The notes under the pieces were generated by a model, which was given only the letters and a program-made list of their open reading frames with translations, searched no databases and was not told the DNA's origin. A stretch of DNA of 64,000 bases from an uncultured Gammaproteobacteria bacterium (GTDB taxonomy: Bacteria > Pseudomonadota > Gammaproteobacteria > SG8-11): contig CAZZJI010000002.1 in the NCBI GenBank assembly GCA_964654485.1, forward strand, positions 57,702-121,701, read 5' to 3'. The translations under genes and the position numbers were made by a program. Numbering within the stretch: the first letter of the stretch is position 1; every line of letters begins with the position of its first letter. This document shows, in pieces, positions 28,766 to 36,711 of this stretch.

Positions 28766-29106
28766 TTTTTATCCTCCATTTTCAGACGTATAAATAACAT
28801 GCCATCCTGATAGTCAGTAATTATTTTTACGTTGTCCATGTTACTGGGTATATTTACAACCCTTTGAAATCGGCTATAAGCTATTTCCATTGAATATATT
28901 TTTTGGTCACGTTGTATCGCAAAATCCCGTCTTTTACCTCTTATGACCAGGCTCTCACCCACGATAGAAATATCGATATCAGTGCTACGTACACCTGCCA
29001 ATTCTATTTTTACTAACCAACCTTGCGCATCTCGATAGATATCAATAGGTGGCTGCCATATAAACTGTTTATATGTTCTTACTTCTGTATTTAACAGGTT
29101 ATTCAT
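28762..29106 (-). CDS. Hsp20/alpha-crystallin small heat-shock protein
   Basis: Alpha-crystallin domain (PPIDIYRD...LVKIELAGV...). Its stop overlaps the lon start (ATGA). Confidence 0.85.
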   Translation of the reverse strand: MNNLLNTEVRTYKQFIWQPPIDIYRDAQGWLVKIELAGVRSTDIDISIVGESLVIRGKRRDFAIQRDQKIYSMEIAYSRFQRVVNIPSNMDNVKIITDYQDGMLFIRLKMEDKK

Positions 29107-29355
29107 CGTTAGTTAAATAGTTAGTTAAATTTGATCTAGCTATCTCATATCTTTATTTTACATCGCACTACCACAATTAAAATTAGCGTAAACACCTATA
29201 TAGAAACAAGTAATGAATCTCTTTAAATATATTTATAGCAATATACAGTTAAGCGCTTATTATTTCATAATGTCAATTGGTGAGAATACGAATAGATTAT
29301 TTCAACAAAAAAACATAATTTATAAGATGATCTTTTAATGAAAGGAGTATGACGC

Positions 29356-29793
29356 ATGTTAAGTACATGGGTGTTGGTTGCGGATACAAGCCGAGCTAAA
29401 TTCTTTTCGGTTGAGAAGAATGGTGCATTAAGCGAATTATTAAGCCTGGAACATCCGGAGGGGCGACAACATATCACTGACTTGACATCAGATTTACCAG
29501 GTCGTTCTTTCGACAGCTCAAAAAGTGGTGGTCGTCATGCCTTGGAAACAAAACTGTCGCCTAAACAACAAGGTGCAATTAATTTTAGTAAATTAATTTG
29601 TGACAAGCTCGAGTCTTGTCACAGCAAAGGAGAGTTTGACAAGCTAATTATTACTGCCCCGCCTGTATTCCTTGGTTTGTTAAGGAAAAAAATGGGTTCT
29701 AACATTACCAGGATAATCTCTACCGAAATAGCTAAAAATTTTATTGATCTTAGCGATAAGGAGATCAGACAACATCTCCCTGATAGAATTTAG
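29356..29793 (+). CDS. Host_attach-family protein (eRF1-like fold, 'protein required for attachment to host cells')
   Basis: N-terminus WVLVADTSRAKFF and a length of about 145 aa, as in the PF10116-type family. Confidence 0.55.
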   Translation: MLSTWVLVADTSRAKFFSVEKNGALSELLSLEHPEGRQHITDLTSDLPGRSFDSSKSGGRHALETKLSPKQQGAINFSKLICDKLESCHSKGEFDKLIITAPPVFLGLLRKKMGSNITRIISTEIAKNFIDLSDKEIRQHLPDRI

Positions 29794-29834
29794 GTGAGCC
29801 AAGATACTGAAGTGCGTTGAATAGTCTAGTGTTT

Positions 29835-30407
29835 TCAAAAAGAAAGTATTAATAGAGTAATGACTAAAGCAATTAATACCGCTCGAATGCCGGTCCATAG
29901 CCAAAACGTGCCGCTAATCTTACCTAAGAAAACACCAAGAAAAAAAACAATTATAAAAGCAACTGTGATTGAAACTTCTAAAGGATCTAACACTAACCAC
30001 TCAGGTATTGTCCACCAAAGCGGAAATATTATAATGATGGATATTATAAATGGCGCCAGGCCATTTATAAATGCAATTATGAATGGCGCTAACTGTGCTG
30101 CCCGGCCATGGGTCGTTTTATCGAGATTTGTCATCATGGCTTTTTCGAGTTCATGCAGCTCTTTTTTTCTCTCCGCTGTTTCACTGATATATGCACTACT
30201 GACACCACTCATGCCAAGCGCGATAGCGGCGCCTAAACAGGCACTAATAATAACGGATGTATTCGTGTTATCACTGACATAAAACCCCACGCATAATCCT
30301 AACATAGTCAGTGCGCCATCAAATCCATTGGTGACAAAATATCGCCGGGCAATTTTATCTGCTCGGGTGATGTGAAGCATGGAACGTGTACTTTTAAGTA
30401 AGTTCAT
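29835..30407 (-). CDS. VIT1/CCC1-family-like membrane protein (putative metal transporter)
   Basis: Motif VTNGFDGALTMLGLCVGF (cf. V-GANDG-VS---LV-GV) plus a Glu/Met-rich cytoplasmic helix (ETAERKKELHELEKAMM), then hydrophobic helices. Confidence 0.5.
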   Translation of the reverse strand: MNLLKSTRSMLHITRADKIARRYFVTNGFDGALTMLGLCVGFYVSDNTNTSVIISACLGAAIALGMSGVSSAYISETAERKKELHELEKAMMTNLDKTTHGRAAQLAPFIIAFINGLAPFIISIIIIFPLWWTIPEWLVLDPLEVSITVAFIIVFFLGVFLGKISGTFWLWTGIRAVLIALVITLLILSF

Positions 30408-30449
30408 TTGGATTAAAAATCGTTATATAGTGATTCAATCCATCGATAA

Positions 30450-30707
30450 TTACGATCCAGAAACGTCAACTTCATCTATGCTATGAATAGAACCACCCAT
30501 CGATTTAATTATTTCTTCGATACTTTTAAATTGAACATCGTCTCCGCTAACAGTGACCACAATACTCTCTGTTTTTTCATCAACGGCTTCTACTGTTAAA
30601 TTGACCAGGTAACTTGTGTCCTGTTCCGCAATTGCTTGTGCGAAATCAAGCGCATTGGGCTGGTGAGGTTTTAGAATGTCTAGCACGAGCCGCTTTACAA
30701 GAGTCAT
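30450..30707 (-). CDS. DUF211 (COG1888)-like small protein
   Basis: RLVLDILKPHQPN...SIHSIDEV pattern characteristic of DUF211. Confidence 0.5.
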   Translation of the reverse strand: MTLVKRLVLDILKPHQPNALDFAQAIAEQDTSYLVNLTVEAVDEKTESIVVTVSGDDVQFKSIEEIIKSMGGSIHSIDEVDVSGS

Positions 30708-30744
30708 CTGTGCTCCAGCTTGAATATTTCAATTACGCCTAATG

Positions 30745-31539
30745 TCACGATACTGTCATTTTATGGTTATCGTTTTTTTCGATAACCAACGGTACAAAAG
30801 CAACATCAAGCAGCGCATCGGCATGCGTTGATCCATCTAATTCCTTTACAAACAACATAAGTTCCTGGTGCATATGAGGCAAACCAACAGGAATAACCAT
30901 GCGACCGCCTGGTTTGAGCTGATTGATAAGTGCAGGTGGTATATGAGTTGCAGCTGCCGTTACGATAATTCCATCAAACGGGGCTTTTTCTACCCAGCCT
31001 TGATAGCCATTGCTACAACGCGTTTGGATATTGTCATAACCCAACATTTTCAGCCGTTTCGTTGCTGTTTCGTATAGTTCGGCGATACTTTCGATACTAT
31101 AAACTTTTTTAGACAGTCTGGATAGAATAGCGGCTTGATAACCTGAACCAGTGCCAATTTCCAGTACGATGCTCTGTGGTGTCAGATCGAGTAAATCCGT
31201 CATTAATGCCACGATATAGGGCTGCGAAATGGTTTGCCCATAACCAATGGGCAGCGGGCGGTCTGCGTAAGCAAAGAGTTTATCCGATAGCGGAACGAAT
31301 TTTTCTCTTGATACCTCGCCCATCGCATCCATAACACGTTCATCAAATGCCTTTCTGCCCGTCATTGAGGCAGTAAATTTAGCTTCAGCTGCTATATGTT
31401 CCAACATATGTAGTGGTTTTTTGTGCCTGGCAACATTTTTGGCTGCTGATGTCATGTGCCTTCCTCCCACGAAAAGAGATGGTGTTGTTGTTCTTAACTG
31501 TACACCTATTTTTTTTAATAAAGCAATTGGTAGTTGCAC
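30745..31539 (-). CDS. pcm: Protein-L-isoaspartate O-methyltransferase (cytoplasmic paralog)
   Basis: PIGYGQTISQPYIVALMTDLL and the GTGSGYQAA SAM motif. The N-terminal start is uncertain (internal Mets at aa 29 and 45). Confidence 0.85.
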   Translation of the reverse strand: MQLPIALLKKIGVQLRTTTPSLFVGGRHMTSAAKNVARHKKPLHMLEHIAAEAKFTASMTGRKAFDERVMDAMGEVSREKFVPLSDKLFAYADRPLPIGYGQTISQPYIVALMTDLLDLTPQSIVLEIGTGSGYQAAILSRLSKKVYSIESIAELYETATKRLKMLGYDNIQTRCSNGYQGWVEKAPFDGIIVTAAATHIPPALINQLKPGGRMVIPVGLPHMHQELMLFVKELDGSTHADALLDVAFVPLVIEKNDNHKMTVS

Positions 31540-34017
31540 TTATAAAACAGAGCCCTTGCCTGATAATTTTTTGTAAAATACTATTCCAGCGAGCATATAA
31601 AAGCCCATCGCAAAAACAATAACGATATTAAAACCAAAATTCATTGCAAGCAGAATAACCAACACGCTACTGATAACTGAAGCACAGCCATTAACACCCC
31701 ATGCCCACGGAACCGTCTCCGGGTTTGTAACAGCCAGGCTGCTCAAACCTATTGGAAATGGCATACCCATGAAAAAGGCAAGCGGTGCGATAAAAACAAG
31801 CGACAGCACAATTTTAATCACATCCGGTTGCCCTAATAAAAGTTTAAATATTTCCGGCAATAAAACCATATAAACAATACAACAGCCTATAATGAAGAAA
31901 AAAATACTCTCATAAGAAAATTTTTCGATAAACTTTTTGGCAAACGCACTGCCGATACCCGCAAATACCAGAAAAGCACACAATACCACAGCCACTGCAT
32001 ACAAAGGGTGACTCAGGAAAAGTATAAACTTCTGTATAAACGCCATTTCAATAAACATAAATGCCAGACCGATAGCGAAGAAATAAGTAAATGCGGATAT
32101 ATATGAGATTCTGCCCTGTTTTTTTGTTTCTTTTATTATTTCTTTATGACTTCGTCTGTATATCCATAATGGCAGTAAAATCAGCCCAACACTGGCAACA
32201 ATAGCTTGAGAAAGCGTCATACCGACGATCATCGTTCCCCATTCAATCAATAAAATACCCTGATTGGCCGGAAGCGATACAACATCTGTTAACAACTTCC
32301 ATTTGAAAAATGAAAAAAAATAGGGCCAATCGTCTGTGGCAGGTTCAATGTCGTATTTATACTGCTTTATAAATAAGTCTCTTTGTTCTCCCAACAAAGC
32401 AAGCGCACCAATATTAAAGTAGTCCGGCTCTAATATATTAACCTGATTGGCCTCCCCCGCCGTTAATCCGGGATAATAAGCCAGATCAAAACCTTGGTTT
32501 TGAGTAAATTGCCGAATTTTATCCAGCTCTGCTTCATCAAAGGGTTGCCGCTTTATCAATAATGATGAAATATTCCAGTTTCGAGCCAGAACCAGATGTT
32601 GTCCGGGGTTTGTAATGCCTCTTCTTTCTAATGCATCTATCGCCGTTGCAAACAGTTTCAGGCTATCTCTTGGCGGTATTTTTACCCATCGGGTCAAGGC
32701 CAGGATGCCATTGTCGGTTAAATGATTAATATATTCATCTATTGCCTCGACGGTATAAAGATAACTTTCATTGAGCGAATAAAGCCCGGCTGAAGATGCG
32801 TTGAATGAATCGAGTAAGGCCAGTTGAATCAGGTCATAGTGCGCATCGCTGCGATTAACATAACCCCGGGCATCCGAAATATGTATATTCACCGTTTCGT
32901 TATCGTATATATGGCCCGCGAATTCTGCGTATTTTTTTTTAACCAGATCGACCATTTGAGGATTGAGTTCAACAGCATCGATGTGACGTGCTTTATAATA
33001 AAGGCCTTGTAGAACCTCTGCACCACCGCCGGCACCCAGCACCAGGACATCAGGTTGGTCTAACAACTGATACGGTAAGGCTGACATCATCTGCGATAAA
33101 AAGTGCAGTGATCCACGCATGTCATTCAAATTATCTTCAACACGGGTTATCGCGGTCATACCCTCGCCATCGGTAAATACGGCAATTTGTGAAGGCGGCA
33201 ACGATTCTGCGTGCAAGCTTAAACCCGGTGCATATCGAAAAGGAATGTCCGGACTTTCTACGACACTGAGCAGACCTAAAGGACTTGAGCGACGCTCAAT
33301 AATTCTTGTTCCTTTTATATTAAGTGTCTGGCTTTCGGCCTTGTAAATAGATGGAACTAAAACTAGCCAATGTTCAGGAACGATCCAGGTCGAGAATAAC
33401 AAAAGCACCAGAAACCACGATATATAACCATCTATTTTTAGTTCAAAACAAGCAACAATCGCTGCCAGAAAGCCAATACTGGAAATAAAAATTAATGCCT
33501 GGGTTGGTGGTAAAATAAACAAAACAGCAATAATACCCAGAGCCCCAATCCCGGCACCGAAAAGATCAGCGGCATAAGCCGTTGTTATGCGATAACAATA
33601 AAATCGATATACCAATCCCAAACTTGTTGCTGCAAAAAGGAAAGGAAAAAAAAGGCAAAGATAAACCAGTAATAACCAGAACCATTGACTTCTGTCCCAT
33701 AAAATTTCCAGTGGGCTAAATGGTATAGCCTGAGCAATGAAAAAACAGACGATACTGAAGACCGAAAATAAACTGATATTGATGACAAAAAGCGCTTTTA
33801 CCCTGGTTTTAACCCAATCCTGCGTGATTGTTAACAGCGCGCCACTGGCACCATACCCCAATAATGCAACACTTATTATCATGTACGCGAAATGTTGCCA
33901 CTGAATTATTGAGAACAATCGCATAAGCAACACTTCGTAGCTCAGTACAGCAAATGAAATCATCGCAATCGAGATGATGGGGGGACGCGCAGAACCTATT
34001 TTTTGCACTTCACTCAT
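31540..34017 (-). CDS. Fused polytopic membrane protein / spermidine-synthase-like domain protein
   Basis: About 7 N-terminal and about 6 C-terminal TM helices flank a Rossmann SpdS-like domain (VLVLGAGGGAEVL...AVELNPQMVDL...DARGYV). Confidence 0.7.
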   Translation of the reverse strand: MSEVQKIGSARPPIISIAMISFAVLSYEVLLMRLFSIIQWQHFAYMIISVALLGYGASGALLTITQDWVKTRVKALFVINISLFSVFSIVCFFIAQAIPFSPLEILWDRSQWFWLLLVYLCLFFPFLFAATSLGLVYRFYCYRITTAYAADLFGAGIGALGIIAVLFILPPTQALIFISSIGFLAAIVACFELKIDGYISWFLVLLLFSTWIVPEHWLVLVPSIYKAESQTLNIKGTRIIERRSSPLGLLSVVESPDIPFRYAPGLSLHAESLPPSQIAVFTDGEGMTAITRVEDNLNDMRGSLHFLSQMMSALPYQLLDQPDVLVLGAGGGAEVLQGLYYKARHIDAVELNPQMVDLVKKKYAEFAGHIYDNETVNIHISDARGYVNRSDAHYDLIQLALLDSFNASSAGLYSLNESYLYTVEAIDEYINHLTDNGILALTRWVKIPPRDSLKLFATAIDALERRGITNPGQHLVLARNWNISSLLIKRQPFDEAELDKIRQFTQNQGFDLAYYPGLTAGEANQVNILEPDYFNIGALALLGEQRDLFIKQYKYDIEPATDDWPYFFSFFKWKLLTDVVSLPANQGILLIEWGTMIVGMTLSQAIVASVGLILLPLWIYRRSHKEIIKETKKQGRISYISAFTYFFAIGLAFMFIEMAFIQKFILFLSHPLYAVAVVLCAFLVFAGIGSAFAKKFIEKFSYESIFFFIIGCCIVYMVLLPEIFKLLLGQPDVIKIVLSLVFIAPLAFFMGMPFPIGLSSLAVTNPETVPWAWGVNGCASVISSVLVILLAMNFGFNIVIVFAMGFYMLAGIVFYKKLSGKGSVL

Positions 34018-34070
34018 AGCCAGTCTCGATATAATTTGCCTGTGCTATCAGGCCTCTGGAAAACTGGGAA

Positions 34071-34811
34071 CTAATGTCCGCCTGTTAATGGAACAAATGC
34101 GACCGGTAACATCTGATATATCTTAACTGTTCCATCCTCAGCCTTTTCAACTAAAGTCAAATTTTGTGTAAAAAAACGTCCGCCAACCGGTATCACCATG
34201 CGAGCACCGGGCTTTAATTGTTTCACTAATGGGGGTGGGATATGACTCGAAGCCGCAGTCACTATAATGCCATCAAATGGAGCATGTTGTTCCCAGCCAT
34301 AATATCCATCACCAAGCTTTACCTTTACATTCCCGTAGCCAAGTGTCTTTAGATGCGTTCTTGCTCGTTCTGCTAGCGGCTCAATGATTTCAATAGTAAA
34401 AACAGATTTAACCAGTTCAGCTAATACAGCCGCTTGATAACCCGAGCCCGTACCTATCTCCAGTATCCTCGCGTCCGCATCAGTTTCAAGCAAGTCCGTC
34501 ATTAACGCTACTATATAAGGTTGGGATATGGTTTGGCCATAACCAATGGGCAATGGACGATTTTTATAGGCAGACCCTTGCAAGGCCTTGGGAACAAAAA
34601 GATGGCGTGGCACTTTTCCCAGGACGCCCATTACACGAGGATCAAATTGTGTCTTCTTGGTAGAAGAATAAGTAAGGAGCACATCCCTATTAATTTCTTT
34701 TATTAGCTGTTTTCGTGCCTCGAAATAATCAATAGAAAAAACAACGCTAGAATGGACTAGCATCGTAAAAAAAATGAAGACGAAAATAAAAAAATGCTTG
34801 GTGAACTCCAT
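34071..34811 (-). CDS. Protein-L-isoaspartate O-methyltransferase paralog with N-terminal signal peptide/anchor
   Basis: Same PIMT motifs (TISQPYIVALMTDLL, GTGSGYQAA), preceded by a hydrophobic N-terminus MEFTKHFFIFVFIFFTMLVHSSVVFS. Confidence 0.8.
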   Translation of the reverse strand: MEFTKHFFIFVFIFFTMLVHSSVVFSIDYFEARKQLIKEINRDVLLTYSSTKKTQFDPRVMGVLGKVPRHLFVPKALQGSAYKNRPLPIGYGQTISQPYIVALMTDLLETDADARILEIGTGSGYQAAVLAELVKSVFTIEIIEPLAERARTHLKTLGYGNVKVKLGDGYYGWEQHAPFDGIIVTAASSHIPPPLVKQLKPGARMVIPVGGRFFTQNLTLVEKAEDGTVKIYQMLPVAFVPLTGGH

Positions 34812-34872
34812 AAAAATTTCTCATGCGTTATATAATTATTCCTTTTAGCAGCCTGAACACCGACTGATAGTG

Positions 34873-35349
34873 TTACTCGTTATAACTAAAATGTCCGCGA
34901 CGTACACCTTTTAATAATAAGTGAAATGCATCGCCATTGATATGCACCAGGTGTTCATGGTCACCCGCTTCAAAATAAACATTCGCGAGTGTGGTTAATT
35001 GTTCATCTAAATACGTATCCAGTCCATACACCGAACCTAGCGGTGGAACGGCACCCGGCACACAATCAGCAAACAATTTTTTAACCTCAGACTCATCAGC
35101 CAATATGAAATCCCTATCGACTTCCTCTCTTAACGCCCGTAATTTGAGCCAGCCATTACCTGGAATCACTACCATAGCGTAACCATTCAAGTTTTCGACT
35201 ATCACTGCTTTAGCAATATGATCTTCGGGTACGTGCGCGGCGCGGGCTGCATCACGGCTTGTGTATGTTTTTGGGTGACGTACCAGTTCAAAATCAATAT
35301 TATGTTCTGCTAAATAAGATCTTATTGATTCAGCTATGGACATTAACAT
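34873..35349 (-). CDS. YbaK/aminoacyl-tRNA deacylase-family protein
   Basis: 158 aa with YbaK-like motifs (…HIAKAVIV…GAVPPLG…). Confidence 0.7.
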   Translation of the reverse strand: MLMSIAESIRSYLAEHNIDFELVRHPKTYTSRDAARAAHVPEDHIAKAVIVENLNGYAMVVIPGNGWLKLRALREEVDRDFILADESEVKKLFADCVPGAVPPLGSVYGLDTYLDEQLTTLANVYFEAGDHEHLVHINGDAFHLLLKGVRRGHFSYNE

Positions 35350-35866
35350 CTCCTCTTAGAATTAATTGAATCCGTTCGGAGAGATTCATTATTGAACCAT
35401 TTTAAAATAACAACAGCGTGTTTATATTATTAATATAGTATTACCTAACGACATATAACAGGTTGACATGCATGAAAATTGAAATAGATGACTAAAAACC
35501 TAATATACCGCCTGAGCGATGTTTATCCACAAACCTCCTATTAATAAAAATTCACAAAACCAGTATCTGTGGCACAGACCTGCATATATATAATTGGTTA
35601 AAGTAGGATCGTTCCCATCATGCAATACGATGCACATGTGGTTCAGCAGGTGGCAACACGCTCATTAGACAAAGGTATCTATGTCATCTGTTTTTTCTAT
35701 ATGGCTGTTGCAAAAGACCAGGCACGTATTCGCACTCAAATCTCCGTAGCACATACTAAACAACATCCAGACAAAGCCATTGATGTCTTTAGAGAGGTAG
35801 GCATAGAATTGGGAATAACGCCTTAAATTGTTAACATGTTACATAATATTTCGCTTATAAGAGACC

Positions 35867-36496
35867 ATGTATCAAGGAGAAAAACTTAACGGCATCACAC
35901 ACCTGCTCGGCGCAGTAGCGGCCCTCGCGGGTACTGTCGTGTTAGTCGTTCTTGCTTCCATGCAAGGCGATCCTTGGAAAATTGTCAGCTTCAGTCTCTA
36001 CGGAACTACTTTATTTGTTCTTTATATATTTTCTACTCTCTATCACAGCTTAAGAGGACGGGCGAAACAGTTTTTCCAAAAACTTGACCATATCGCTATC
36101 TATTTGCTCATCGCCGGAACCTACACACCTTTCACACTGGTTACTCTGCGTGGTGCTTTGGGTTGGTCATTGTTCAGTGTAATCTGGGGGCTCGCAGCTG
36201 TTGGAATTATATGGGAAGTCTTACCTAATAAAGGTAAGAACAGAAACCCGAGAATCCTGTCGGTAATAATTTACATCATCATGGGTTGGTTAGTATTAAT
36301 AGCACTTGATCCATTAATTGATAATTTAACTAGTATAGGTATGGCCTTACTAGCCGCAGGTGGCGTGTTCTATACCATAGGAATGGTATTTTACGCATTG
36401 AGTGATAAGATGCGCCACGCACACGGTATTTGGCATTTGTTTGTCCTCGCGGGAAGCGTAAGCCACTATTTTACTATTCTTTTATACGTCGTATAA
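35867..36496 (+). CDS. Hemolysin-III/PAQR-family membrane protein
   Basis: 7-TM protein with conserved His motifs (THLLGA…, YHS…, HxxGIWHLFV). Confidence 0.85.
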   Translation: MYQGEKLNGITHLLGAVAALAGTVVLVVLASMQGDPWKIVSFSLYGTTLFVLYIFSTLYHSLRGRAKQFFQKLDHIAIYLLIAGTYTPFTLVTLRGALGWSLFSVIWGLAAVGIIWEVLPNKGKNRNPRILSVIIYIIMGWLVLIALDPLIDNLTSIGMALLAAGGVFYTIGMVFYALSDKMRHAHGIWHLFVLAGSVSHYFTILLYVV

Positions 36497-36711
36497 TTTT
36501 TTAAGGAACCGCAACACACATACCCGCATTCAACAACACCCTACCTAAAAAATATAAACAACCAAGAAAAATACAGAGGATTTATAATTATAAATGATTT
36601 CAGTTTCAACATCAGCATAATTGGAGGATAATGATTCTAATGTGTAGTTGATCATTCCAGGCAACCGTTTATTGCTTTACGAGAAGGTTTACTTTACAGG
36701 AAGGCTTAAGG

